From contig NC_043008.1 in assembly GCF_006345805.1 (NCBI RefSeq), positions 41,230,001 through 41,294,000 of the forward strand: a DNA stretch of 64,000 nt, given 5' to 3'. Source of the DNA: Octopus sinensis. Taxonomy: Eukaryota. Below the pieces are notes generated by a model, which worked only from the letters and a program-made list of their open reading frames with translations, ran no database searches and was not told where the DNA came from. The position numbers and the translations under genes were made by a program. Position 1 is the stretch's first letter, and every line of letters begins with the position of its first letter. Shown here in pieces: positions 13,374-27,176 of this stretch.

Positions 13374-13745
13374 GGCGCAGGAGTGGCTGTGTGGTAAGTA
13401 GCTTGCTAACCAACCACATGGTTCCGGGTTCAGTCCCACTGCGTGGCACCTTGGGCAAGTGTCTTCTGCTATAGCCCCGGGCCGACCAATGTCTTGTGAG
13501 TGGATTTGGTAGACGGAAACTGAAAGAAGCCTGTCGTATATATGTATATATATGTATGTCTGTGTGTTTGTGGGCCTGTGTTTGTCCCCCTAGCATTGCT
13601 TGACAACTGATGCTGGTGTGTTTACGTCCCCGTAACTTAGCGGTTCGGCAAAATAGACCGATAGAATAAGTACTGGGCTTGCAAAGAATAAGTCTGGGTG
13701 TTCCAGCATGGCCGCAGTCAAATGACTGAAGCAAGTAAAAGAGTA
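13374..13745 (+). mobile_element. SINE family A, full length
   Basis: GGCGCAGGAGTGGCTGTGTGGTAAG (A box) ... GGTTCAGTCCC (B box) ... GGCACCTTGGGCAAGTGTCTT (CORE-like) ... CAAGTAAAAGAG tail. Confidence 0.95.
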
Positions 13746-14907
13746 TTGGAGATGGAAGTTGAAGAACGATATGTCTGCCCACTACAAAGCAAGCAACTAA
13801 AAAAGTATTAAAGTATTAACACTCACTTAGACTTTGTAGGGTTTAACGCGATGAAATACGACCAACTCTTTTCATCAAAATGAATGTGACGAAAGTAACG
13901 GAAGTTACGAACTTACCGTATAATTATCGTGAACGCAATACATTTCAGCTATGCTAGATATTATGTCTGTTAGTTACTTATTCCTTCCAGAGAGGTATAA
14001 TGTCTTTTTGCACATCTGCTTACCGTTTCAGAACTTCAAGATAATGAGATATGGAATGCAGTGTAGTCCTTCGCAATATATTACATCAATCATGTTATAA
14101 CTTAAAGATTTAGAGAAATAGTTTATTGTTGTCTACTGCCATGTTTACTATAAACGATAGACCTTAAGAGCAAAGACTTTTAAGCTTGACCACTCCAAAT
14201 AATCGTCAGTTAGAAGGTTGGAGCACGGCCTTCAGCACTTTAAGACACTAAGGTGTGATTCGAGTGAAGCTTAGACACCGTTTCTAGTATGTCGATCGAG
14301 GACACATTTCCTATCTTACTGCCGGACATCGGATGTGGGTTATATTGGTGCTACTTAACATAATATTTCTATGAGATTTTCGTGACAAATACATTAACAC
14401 GAGTTCCCTTTGCTTTATTCATAACAAACTCAAAAAATAGTATCAGTTTAGCATTACTATAGGATGTGAGCAGAAACTATATACAGCCATAGAGGTTAAA
14501 CAAGTGTTACAAAAACTGTACGCCATATTCTCTGGCCGTTGAGTAAGAAAGAAATCGTCTACCCCTAAACCCTTCAGATACTACTCTACACACAAACACT
14601 AGGTTGGAACTAGTTACATGCTGGCTATTCATTCAGATTTTTTTCTTTTGAAGGCAATGACAAGCCAGCAAAATTAAGGTGTTGAATGAAAATTACTTAT
14701 CACAGAGTTATATGAAATATATGTAATTAGCAATAGTTAGTTTTACAAGCCTAGAAGATAAAAATGAAAAACCATCATCGGTAAGAGTTTCATAATAATG
14801 GCAGTTGTCATCTACGTATTTGCACACGACATCATGAACGCCTTAGAAAATTATATTTATTTTCTCTTATGAGACAAGCACGATAATTGCTAACTATACC
14901 TCTAGAT

Positions 14908-15414
14908 GGACGCGCAATGGCCCAGTGGTTAGGGCAGCGGACTCGCGGTCGTGGGATCGCGGTTTCCATTCCCAGACCAGGCATTGTGAGTGTTTATTGA
15001 GCGAAAACACCTAAAGCTCCACGAGCCTACGGCGGGGGTGGTGGTGAACCCTGCTGTACTCTTTCACCACAACTTTCTCACTCTTTCTTCCTGTTTCTGT
15101 TGTACCTGTATTTCAAAGGGCCAGTCTTGTCACACTCCGTGTCACGCTGAATCTCCTCGAGAACTACCTTAAGGGTACACGTGTCTCCGGTGTTCTCAGC
15201 TACTTGCACGTTAATAAATCAGCTGTGACGTCACTGGTGCCAAGCTGTATCAGCCTCTGCCTTTCCCTTGGAAAACATTGGTGGTGTGGAGAGGGGAGAC
15301 TGGTATGCTTTGGCTACTGCTGGTCTTCCATGAAAAAACCTTGCCCAGACTTGTACCTCGGAAGGTAACTTTCTAGGTGCAATTCCATGGTCATTCTTGA
15401 CCGAAGGAGGTCAC
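14908..15414 (+). mobile_element. tRNA-derived SINE, family B (tail type 2), with 12-bp TSD
   Basis: A box TGGCCCAGTGG. Body matches 1180-1559 until ~15216, then a different tail follows. TSD ATACCTCTAGAT at 14896-14907 and 15415-15426. Confidence 0.9.
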
Positions 15415-16749
15415 ATACCTCTAGATATTTAGCGTAGATGAATTTTTAGCGTTTTTATTCGTAACTTCAAAACGTAAAGAGAATTTTGCAATGAATATTT
15501 AGATCATGAAATTTATTGCTAGCACTCCATACTCACTTGGCATCTTATCATACATTAGTTGATATAATGTTAGAATTAAGACAAAAAAAAGCAACCTTTC
15601 ATTTAACATTTATCCTACTGCTTACTATGGGAATTGTCACGTATATCAATGTTTCTATACATAGTTCGGAGAATGCAAAGGTTTGAAGACGAGTGTGTTG
15701 ACCAAGGACAATATCTATTGCAGGCTGTGTTACTGCAACCCTTAGCATGTTTGGGTAGATGTCATCTAGAAAATGCAATCCCTTTTAGTTTTCTCACTAA
15801 CTTAATTACATATACTCTACATGGATCCTCAGGCGTTCATATTAAACAATAACGGCATCGGTGTCATGAACATTGCGTGGGGAGTGATTTACTTTGACTA
15901 ACATTTTAAACCTCTTATGGTTACCGTTTCACCATTTATCCCATTCTTTTAAATCAGAACTGGCTTTTAAATTATATCCTGAAGCACATAAGTAACAGTA
16001 TCGTATGCTTCATATGCTAAAAAGGAAGAATGCGTGCTTCTATGAAGATTGTAATAGGTAATTAGCTTGTTTTGATAAATTGCTTCCTTATCATTTGTTT
16101 TTCTAAAAATTAAGGAAGTTTGGATCATTTTATCGAGAGAGGACTTCAACACGAAAGGAATTCGCTTTTAACGAGGCTGTCTTCTTTTACATATTATATA
16201 AGGAACGAACTCGAAAGAAAATTGACACTATGAAACTAAAAATTAAAATATTCACCTCTACATTAAGATATGAATGGCTTTCAATGTGAAGTAGCTAAGG
16301 ATACCTTTACTAGTTATACATCGTGTGATAATATCTATATTTTAATCCGTATACATATTTGTTTACATGTATATATCCATACCTTACGGTCTAAACTGAT
16401 GTAAATATCCATAAGAAATATTTTCAGTAAACACATGAAATATTACACCACATGACGTAGTTCATTTCTATAACCAGCTATTTAATTAGTCCAATTTCAA
16501 ATGTAGCCAGTCTACAACTCCCCAGGCAGTGCGAGTAAACTCACAAACAACTACACATTATCGCTTCCGGTATTTCAGCATTAAACGTAACTCAATATTT
16601 AAACCTTAATGAAGCGCTTCTTGTGAAGGATAACAGTAATCGCATATTCCTAATTAATATACACAGAACAGTTGCCGATCATTTCCTTGTAGTGAAAAAT
16701 ATTTACTCAAAGAAAATGCACATACATAAATAGAAACATGCATATTTAT

Positions 16750-17052
<303 letters not shown>

Positions 17053-18896
17053 TATATATATATATATATTGTTATGTGAATAGAGACAATGATATACTCC
17101 AACGTTTAAAATAATCATTTGATTCACATTTGAATTCCGTGGGCAGCAGTGTGTTGTAATCCTTGAGGTCAATTTTTTTATGTTTAAAAATTCGTTCAAC
17201 GTAACGATTCGGTTCACACTTTCTTTGTTTAGTGTTAACGATTAGTAAACTGTATGTATTGCTAAATTTGGCAGCAAAACTACAAGGTGGGACAGGGGAG
17301 AAGCAGGAAGAAAGAAGTAATTTTGGGGGAATCTACACAAGTGAATGTTAACACCATATTAAAGAGATTAGTTCTTGATGTTCTAGATATATACTTTTCA
17401 TCAGAGGTCGTTGCTTGCGGGAAAAGGGTGCGAGGAAATTGCGAAATCTAATAAAGTTAAAACCTCTCCAATACCATAAGCAAAAACTGAAAAAAACTGA
17501 GATATGCCAGCACAATTTTGTTTTCTTTTCGATAATAAAATGGTAGGACAAAGAATTTCTCCATTTTTACCTCTTCGTGTCGTAAGAGGATTTTAGATAT
17601 GAAACCATAAGCCTAGTAAATAAAATATGATGCAGAGACCCCCCATGTGCTTTTAATATGGGCATTCATGTCAATATAACTGGTGTTGGTTACCTATAAT
17701 GCTCTGGCAATGTGGGGCATAAATAATTATTCAATATGTTTCAATATGTCAATCGGTAGGCGTGAAGTATAGAATATGGATCAAAATATGATTCATTTTA
17801 TGGTAGTTGTGTCACATCGTGTTTATTCATATCACTTTCCGAACATATCTATATATAATGATAACAACGTGATACGTTACAGCTTGTTAATGTTTGTTTG
17901 GTGTTACCATAGACACTCATGGACGTGTTCTGTAGCTCTACTGACAAGACAGTGGTACACAGGTGCATTGTGCTAGCACTCTGATGCCTTCATATATGCT
18001 CATAAATGTTTTACATTTATGTACATTAAAATTACTGTGATATATTTTTGTGTCAATATCAATCTCAATATTTCTTGTATGCTAATGTTAAAATGGTTGT
18101 GGATATATGTTGCTGGCTGTATGCAGCATTCAGGTTTGGCCATAATAAAATGGAACATAAATTCATGAATGTTACTATCAATTTAGTATATGCATATACG
18201 TTGATTTAAAATTAACCATCGTATAAATTGTAGAAAACAATTGTTTATAAGCTGGAGAATGAATATATTCTTCAGCCATTGAAATTATCGATTCAGACAT
18301 ACCAATGTCTGATATAATTATCTCCACGTTCGTTAATCTCATACTTTCATACTTGATCTTTCTTTCATCTCCGCATCAAATAGTATGCTATCCTTTATCT
18401 CCTCGTCTTTTTCCTCACTTTCATACATTTTATACCCTCACTCTGTGTTTTCTCTCTTTCTTTATTTCTCATCATTTCTCCAACGATCTAGAGTGAGAAT
18501 TACTATATTCCTATCATTATATGTTATAAATATATTTTCTGTAGAAACACATTTTGTTTTGTTATCTTTTCATCTTTCTTTTCTCCGATTAGGCCATTTT
18601 TTAAAAATTTTCATAAATATATATTGAAATAATAATTATTTATATCGCAATCAATCTTTTATCTCTGAAAAACAATTCATATATATATTATATGCTGTTT
18701 CATCTTGTAATTGTTGCTGCTCAGTGTTATTCTCAAACTCTACAGCATCAATATTTTCAAGAGTGATAGCATCAATCGCCGCATAACCAATAGCAGTATT
18801 ATCAGTAACATATTCACCGATGGCATTATCAACAACTATCTTATCGCTCGCAGTATTAACAATATCATTGTCATCAATAGCAAAATGGTAGATAGT

Positions 18897-18908
18897 ATAA
18901 TAATGATA

Positions 18909-18949
<41 letters not shown>

Positions 18950-18978
18950 TAATAATAATAATAATATAATAATTATCA

Positions 18979-19030
<52 letters not shown>
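18897..19030. repeat. (AAT)n switching to (ATT)n, self-complementary microsatellite block
   Basis: Direct reading. Confidence 0.9.
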
Positions 19031-19032
<2 letters not shown>

Positions 19033-19137
19033 ACAAAGTGCATAGCAGAATGCATAATTGGTCGGGGTATGTGAAACATAGTATTTAGTCTACAGTTCAA
19101 TTCTTATCAGTTCCAGCTCCTCCTTTCTCAAGATGAC

Positions 19138-19153
19138 AGTATATGTATGTATG

Positions 19154-19218
<65 letters not shown>

Positions 19219-19242
19219 GTATGTATATATATATATATGTAC

Positions 19243-19273
<31 letters not shown>

Positions 19274-19351
19274 TGTATGTATATATATATATGTATATAT
19301 ATGTATATGTATATATATGTATATATATATATGTGTGTATATATATATATA

Positions 19352-19420
<69 letters not shown>
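19138..19420. repeat. Compound (TA)n/(TATG)n microsatellite
   Basis: Direct reading; explains the YI-repeat ORFs at 19090-19484. Confidence 0.95.
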
Positions 19421-19422
<2 letters not shown>

Positions 19423-19745
19423 GTGTCAGTTCATCCCATAAGTTCTGTCCGATTTTACCGTTTTTAAAATTGAATGAAATTTAGTAGTATTTTAGAATGT
19501 CTAATGGAATTTAAAAATATTTTTATGTTTGCATTTAAACTAATTAAATATTAATTTACAGAATAATAGAATTAAAATTCCTTTGATTAAAACTTTTTCT
19601 AACACGGAAGTATCCAAAGAGCATTTGAGGCAAATAATGCTTTATGAGTATAAAAAAGGAAAATCTGCAGCCGTTTATGGGAAAGAATTCTTGAATGAAA
19701 TAACTCGCAGAAGATGGTTTGCAAAATTCAGAAGCGAAGATTTCA
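19421..19745 (+). mobile_element. Mariner transposon 5' fragment
   Basis: EVSKEHLRQIMLYEYKKGKSAA...VYGKEFLNEITRRRWFAKFRSEDF is an internally deleted mariner N-terminal HTH. A TIR-like CAGTTCATCCCATAAGTTCTGTCCGATTTT follows the TA run. Confidence 0.7.
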
Positions 19746-20453
19746 TCTGTCATGCCACTCACGTCATTTTCTTCTTTCTCTTCTGTTCATACTCCCTGTT
19801 TTTCTTTTTTCTTCCCCTTCTTCTTCTCCTTCTTCTTCTTCGGCGTCTCCTTCCTCGGCTACTGCTGCTTAAACTAGCAAAATCCAGTACATACATCCCT
19901 CATATTAAATATTTCTTCAGATATGTTACTACCTACCAACCGAGGCTTCACAAAAGTTAAAGAGAGAGAGACAGAGACAGAAAAAAGGGAAATGTGCCAC
20001 ATATCTGAAAACTATGGAAATATCGTTAAAAAACATTTCATTAAATTTTTACGATAAAATTTAATCTTTATGATAATATTATTTTAGCATTTTCTACTTT
20101 CTCCTATTTTCCTTATATATATATATATATATATAAGTATTATGTATGTATACACCCACCCACATATACATATGTATGTATATAATTGAATATACCACAA
20201 AATAATTTGTGACGTTGTTATTAATAGAAAAAAATTACTGATGACATTGTCATTTCTTATTAGCAAACTTTGTCATCATCATCTGAAAACAAAACGTTGT
20301 CATCATCATCTGAAATTCAAGAAGATATTTTTTGCATCCAACAATCAGAAAACCCGATTCCGTTGTTTCTTATCCTGTAAACGGCCAAGAAACAAATAGT
20401 TTTATTTTCATTGTTTCTTTCTCTTTTATCTCTAAGTTATTTTCTCATCCCCC

Positions 20454-20484
<31 letters not shown>

Positions 20485-20849
20485 TACTTGTTCTATCGTC
20501 CCTAGAAAGGACATCACTCTTCGATATGATACAGACTATACATATGCCATCAACTCATTCGTTTATGAATCGCTGTTCCCTTCTTCACTCTCTACTCACG
20601 TTATTAGTCACTCACGAAACAAAAGCTAAACACCACATTAAGTGACTCTTCGTAGAACGTCGCCGAAATAATAATCTTTCTGGGCATGGTATTCCTGTGG
20701 AAGTCAATTTATACACTGTCCAAAGCGAACTGCACCTCCATCCATCCCATAGTCCTGGAATAGAATACAAAATACATGGATGCCTCGCATACGCTAGAGC
20801 AACTATTTAGAAAGAAACAAATATGTAATTCATTGCAAGTTTACCGCCT

Positions 20850-21280
20850 TCCCTTAGTTTAGTATATTTCATAGTAACTTCAAATACCCCAAGGATAAAT
20901 TACCGTAAACTAATATACATATGTCCCACGAATATAAGTCTAAGATTGTTGAACACAATTTAAAAGTATTCTATGCCTCACCAACCAGTATTGACCACCA
21001 CTAGCGAATGTAAGCTAAAAACCTAGTAAGACCCCTTACAAAATTGTGATTGTGCTGTAAGAGACATGTGACTTCTACTAGGTATTTCTTTAGTGACAGA
21101 CGTAATCCATGATGTACCTTGATCTCTTCAAACAAGGAGTCTACAAGGATTTTGTATAGGAAGCATATATTTATAAATGGAGATATAACCATGCGGGAGA
21201 ATGCTATTAACTAACAGACCACCAGCAAAGCAATATCACGCTTGGACTAATGTCCTAATTTGTGAGACGGTAACGAATTT
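20850..21280 (+). mobile_element. Highly decayed Penelope-like GIY-YIG fragment
   Basis: Frameshift-tolerant reading: KSKIVEHNLKVF...NCDCAVRDM*LLLG..LVTDVI...SNKESTRI...KWRYNHA, paralleling the 34733-35213 fragment (HN...CNC...CPL.G.CL...V.Y...FK.R...H). Confidence 0.45.
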
Positions 21281-21299
21281 TTAATGGTTGAAGTGATAA

Positions 21300-21331
21300 A
21301 AAACTATATATACATATATATACATACATAT

Positions 21332-21374
<43 letters not shown>

Positions 21375-21478
21375 ATATATATAGATAGATAGGAGATAGA
21401 TAATAGATAGCTAGATAGATAGATAGATAGATAGTGATAGAAAAACTATATATACATATATATACTACTATATATATA

Positions 21479-21525
<47 letters not shown>

Positions 21526-21557
21526 TAGATATATATATAGATAGATAGATAGATATG
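21300..21557. repeat. (TA)n/(GATA)n compound microsatellite at the 3' junction of the Tx1 element
   Basis: Direct reading. ATAGATAGATAGATAGATA abuts the element end, and further GATA units occur at ~21381-21435. Confidence 0.9.
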
Positions 21558-21946
21558 TTTCTTTATTAGCCACACAGGGCTGCACACAGATAGAACAAAT
21601 TACAAGGTAGAGCTTTTCTTTTGAAGGTTTAAAAAAAAAATAATATAATAATAAAATAAAAATAAAATAAAATAAAAAAGGGGGGGTCGATCAAAAGGGA
21701 TCGTAAAAGGAAGAAAGAGGACAAAAAAGGGGGGGTTAAAAAAGGGGGAGAGGAAAAAAATTGATCAATAGGGATCGTTATCACAGAAATGTCAATATGA
21801 AGTGTAAAGGGGAGGACAGGTGAGGTTTACCCGTGGAAAGAAAAGCCTACGGAAAAGACCACGGTAACCTCGGTCAATGAAGTCACATGTTATATTTCTT
21901 TTTTTTTTTTTGCAAATAAGCAACTCTCTGTATTAATTTTTACGGT

Positions 21947-24900
21947 TCATAGAATCATAGTCAAGGTGGCTTCGTCATTCATACGTGCCATCCTTGCACA
22001 TTCACCCATCTTTTTAAAACATTCACTAGACAAAACTTGCCTCTCTACTCTCACTTTTTTCTTCAAGTGATACTTGAAGAAGTTGATGAGAGATTGACCA
22101 GAGAGGAAAGTGTTTGTCTCTAATCCTTTCAGACGCGTCCACCAGATACATTCTTTCGCCATAGCCACAAGTATGATAAAAATAGCTCTTCCTTCCCGTT
22201 TGAAGGAAGGAGGCGTGACGATATTAACGATAGACTCGGCTGATAAACCGACACGTCCCACACGTGACAGCAGTCGTTCGACATAAGCCCACAGGTGGGA
22301 AATTGCTGGACACTGCACGATTGCGTGCAGAGCGGTTTCGTCGCTCTGCCCGCATCTCGGGCAGGTCGGCCCCGTGTTTCTCGAGCCATGCCTATAGAGC
22401 TTATCCCGAACGGGTAGCGCTTCTCGGTAGCACCGCCAGGCCAGAGATCTCTAGAAGTTGTCCATAGGTCCCGGGCCGAAAGTCGTTTGGAACAGGCGGG
22501 TCAGGTATTCCTCGTCGACGCCCAGGTTTGCCCCGAGCTCGTCGTCGTACCTCCCCTCCACTAATCCCCTATAGAATGCTTTGGTTGTGTTGAAGTCACT
22601 CAAGGTCGACCCGGGATGGCAGAGTTGCTTGAGAGCAACGCGACACTCGCGGTGCCATTCGCCCTTCTTCGGCCCTTTTTTGATCCACGACTGTAGTTCG
22701 GTCATGGAGACGAGTTGCGGGAATGCGTGCCTCACAAACGGCGACCACACCTGTTCACCGTCGTCTACATAGAGCCGGAGATGTCGCAGTCTCAGCGCGT
22801 GTCTGCGCATCATCAACCACGGCATGCCCAGCCCTCCTTTTAACGGGTGTTGACAGCAAATGGATCGCCTGACCATCGGGACGCATCCTTTCCACAAGAA
22901 GCGGAAGAGGATGCGTTCTAGTTTGGTGATGGTAGGGTCGGGACAAGGTACGACGGTCAGGCGGTAGTAGATGATGGACGCGATGTACGCGTTCACCACC
23001 TCCGCCCGACCTTTTAGGGACAGTTTCCTCTCGGCCCATTGCTGGGCGAGAGTGACCACCCTACTCGTTATCTCGTTCCAGTTCTTCTCCATTTGGAGGT
23101 CCGGACCGAACCAGACCCCGAGCAACTCAACCGGCCGTCTGTCCAGCGTCCCACGACGGAGGTACTGGTGGACGGCATGGGCTTGCTTCTCCAGTGCCGA
23201 GCCGCAAGCCCACTGACTTTTCCCGGTTGATTTTTGCTCCTGTCACCGCTTCGTAGTCTTTCAGTGTCTCGCCGACCCGCTCGATGTGCTCGTGGCTTGA
23301 CACTATGACGGTGACGTCGTCCGCGTATGCAGACACGCTCGTCCCGCATCCTAATTCTCGCGGGATGCCCCTCAGAGTCGCCAGCTTCCGCAGTAGTGGC
23401 TCAAGAGTCAATACGTATAGAAGCGCCGAGAGGGGGCATCCCTGACGGACCGAACGTGCAATGTCGAAGGGTCTCGATAGATGTCCATTTACGCGAATTA
23501 CCGAACGGATGCCTCTGTACAAGGCAGCTATCCAGCCGCGGAAGACGGGACCGAAACCAGCCGCTCTCAGGACTGCCTCCAAGTATCGATGGTCTACCCT
23601 ATCAAAGGCTTTCGATTGATCCAAGTTGATCAGGGCCCCACCCATGCCAGGTTCGTTAACTACCCTGTCTATGATGTAGCGCATCAGATGGAGGTTGTCA
23701 TGGATGCTCCGGCCCGGCACGGCGCACGTTTGTGCGTTGTCGACCAGTTTCTCCATGACAAGCGCCAACCTCTGGCTAACACCTTTGTCAAAATTTTCAG
23801 GTCTGCATTGAGCAGAGTGATTGGCCTAAAGTTATCTATAATGTTTCCCTTGTTTGGATCTTTCTTCAGCAGAGTTACAGCTCCTCGACTCACAAAACCG
23901 GGTATGCTCCCGTTTTGCTGCCAGTTGCAGTATACCGCTGCCAAGACGTCTCCAAACAAGTCTGGCATACAATAGTAAAATTAGGGTAGACCATCCAAAC
24001 CCGGTGATTTGTCCCTCGAGCATTCTGCCATCGCTTCCCGCACTTCCGCCGCCGTGATGGCACCTTCGCAGCACCCTGCTTTTCTTGTCGAGAGTCGTGG
24101 CAGGCTATGTAGGTAGGCACTGAAGTCTACCCTACGTTCTTGCCCTCCACTCGTCCCGAAAGTCGGGCAAAATGCTGCTGAAAGGCCTCACACATTTTAC
24201 TTGGCTCGAGCAATTCGCGCCCCTGTTCATCTACCAGTGACCGAATGGTGGCTTTGTTGCCCTGTTGCGCCTCTGCCACCCGGCCTCTCTCGCGGCTCCA
24301 ACACCTTCGTTCCTTAGAGCACGCATCCTAGCTCTGACAGCACATCCTTCGTGTTTGGCGTTGAAGTGTTGGTCGAGGGCCAACCTCGCCGCCAAAACGT
24401 CGGATGCGATGCCGCTTCTAATTGCCTCTTCTAGCTTCTTAACTAGCTCACCCTCTACTCTATTTCTATCTATGGCTAGTGCTTTGCTGTACCTAATCGC
24501 TTCTGCTTTTACTGCTCTCTTGAGGGCAAACCACCATTTGTTGTTGATGATGGCTCCCGTCAAAGCCCTCTTTACTAGTGTGCTAATCCGGTCTCTGAAA
24601 ACTTGTCTGGACGGGAATGATGCGTTCAGTTTCCAGTACCCAGGACCCTGTCTATGTGCCTTATCTAAGTCTAGCGTACACGTCACCAATTTGTGATCCG
24701 TGTAGCTGACTGTGTGGAATTGTGGACATCCTAAGTTATCCTTGTCTACTGTCCTACACAGTATCCTATCTAGATACGATCTCGACGACCCACTGCGGTT
24801 GCTCCATGTCCACGTTGGTGCATTTGGGTGGTCGAGTCGGTACCTGTCAGACAGTTGGAATCGTCTGAGCAGGTCTCTGAGGCATTTGCATCCCCTTCTA

Positions 24901-25371
24901 TTTCTGTCTCTACCCACGTAGTCTACATGCGTGTCCAAGGTAGCATTCCAATCCCCCACTAAGAGTAAAGGACGAGACGTTCCCAAGAATACTTCTAGAC
25001 GTCGAAAGAAACCGCCCGACCTGTTAAGGGCGGTGCGTAGACTGATACGAGTCGAAAAGCGCACCCATTGCTGCCGTCAACATCCAGAACGATCAGTCTA
25101 CCCTCCGGGTCTACGAATATCGTCTTGACTTCGAGATCCAGGCTCTTGTGAAAAAGTACCGCGGTGCCACTACCGCCCATCCTCGGCAGACAGGGAGCGA
25201 AATAAATGTTAAACTGTCCGCCAAACATGGACTTTAGGGCCCGTGGCTCGTGGAGTCTGGTCTCACTTATGGCTATGATTCCCAATCATGTGACTTGATG
25301 TCATTTAGGAGGTATCCTTGTTTCCAAGGAGACCCCAAGCCACGCGCATTCACACAACCAATCTTGACCAT
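21947..25371 (-). pseudogene. LINE ORF2 (apurinic endonuclease + reverse transcriptase + C-terminal zinc finger), broken by roughly 8-10 frameshifts
   Basis: Starts MVKIGCVNARGL. APE motifs IIAISET, VSVYAP, LLVGDWN, SYLDR, SYTDH. RT motifs FRPITLLNADLK, DQSKAFDRVDH, VRQGCPLS, AYADD. C-terminal CPRCGQSDETALHAIVQC. Confidence 0.92.
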
Positions 25372-25420
25372 GATTCTATTGGGGTGTGTGCTTTAAAACC
25401 ACAAATGAAAGTACAGAGAG

Positions 25421-27144
25421 TTACTTACTTGTGTCGAAAGTTTTGGCTTCCTCGTTCTTTGATGTGTCTTCGAGGAGGTTTCTATATAGTTTTTGGGACA
25501 GATATTTCTGGAACCCCCTACAGCATTTGGAAGAGGGCTTTGAGTTTGTGGTGTTGTGTTTGTGTGATGTGTAGTATTTTGATGTGTTTGGGTGGTGTAG
25601 TGCGTGGATGATTGCTATTTTTAAGTCATCTTCACAAATGTTTGTGTATCCTGTGATGTACTCCATTAGTTTGGAGTCTTTTGTGTCTATCGCTGATAGC
25701 ATTGTTTTTGTGGTGTTGGTGCTTGTTTTGTTGTGTATGGAGTTTTCAGGGTTCAGGTATCTCCCTGCTTTGGTTGCGATTTCTTGTTTGGTTTTTCTTG
25801 ATCTTTTTCTTTTACCCCCTGTGGCTATTTGCCATTCTGTCGAACTTTCATCGTTAGATGAAAAGTCTGACGAATCAGCAGGGGGCAAGGGTAAAGCGTC
25901 TGGGTGTGTTTGTGCGGTTGTAGATATTGTTGTGGTGCGCGGGGAGGTGTTGCTGGGGGGTTTGTTGTGGTTATTGTCTCTCCTACATCCTTGGTGCTTG
26001 TCTTCTTCGTTGTTATTCTTGGTGTTGGAATTGGTTTATTTGTTGTTGGTGGTGATGATTCTGTTCTTGGCGCTGGTGTTGGTGTTGTTTGGTTGGGTTG
26101 GCTTGTTCTTTGTTGTTTTTCCTGCATTTCCGCATACAGCTTCTTGACTAGCTGTCCATATTGTGGTGTGGGCAATAATCCTGGCTTTTGTGATTTTTCC
26201 TGTGGCTGTTGTTGTTGTTGTAATTTTGCGGCAGATTTGCACTCCTTTTTGAGGTGTGCCTCACTGCCACATGTATAGCATCGTGGCCTTCTGCCCTCGA
26301 CTACTACGTATAACTTGCGGCCATCCTCAAGATGTACGTGGGTGGGGATTTTATTTATGTCCTCTTGACTTATGTGGAAGAGGAACTCTATTCTCTTTCC
26401 CAGCCAGTCCTTGTTTTCCGAAACACCGATATCTAGGATGTTTATGTCCTCCATTTCGGATGTTAAGGCGGATGTAATCCACAGTGTTGTAGTCACTTGG
26501 GGGACACCACTGATAATGACTTTCGTCACCTTCTGGCCGAGGTAACTCGGTGTCAACGTTAGTTCATCAGAATGAAGGGTTATCGTTGAGAATTTCTTCG
26601 CCAACTCTTCATTCTGAAAAACCACCTGTACGTGTGCGAACTTGTTCGCCCAAGTCACACAATCCTTGTATCCCCAGATGGGGCGTAAGCACTTTTCGAC
26701 TTTGTCTGTGCTTGCCTTTTCTGGACTTTTTGTTTTTTTATTTGTGATTTTATATACAATTGTTTTTTTTTTCTCCTCATTCAGTATGTGCTGAGGTATG
26801 TGTAAGAGTATTTTTCCGTTTTGATTTGTAATAAGGTTTCTGCAATCTTTAATCTGTTGTGTAGTAACGAAACTTTTGTTACCTTTTCTTTTATCGCCTC
26901 GGCGAAGTTTGTTGTTGTTTTGTTATTGTTGTTACTGCCGGTGGTGTTGTGTTGATGGCAGGGTGTGGTTGTAGGTTTGTGGTTGCTGATTATGCAACTA
27001 GCAAGGGGTGGAAAATTGCCTGCGTAATTAGTCCTGCCTGCATTAGCGCAAATTTCGGCATTTCGTTTGCTTGTCGTCGTTATTTTTTCACTTGTTGGTG
27101 ATGGAGTGAGCAGTGGTTGAAGGGAATTGTTGTTGTCGTCGTCG

Positions 27145-27176
<32 letters not shown>

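Noticed and set aside
13374-13445. tRNA-like A/B boxes in SINE heads
   Set aside because: They do not fold into full cloverleaves and continue into SINE bodies; these are not tRNA genes.
18651-19100. 149-aa N/D/I-rich ORF
   Set aside because: Built from decayed trinucleotide repeats adjoining an (AAT)n tract.
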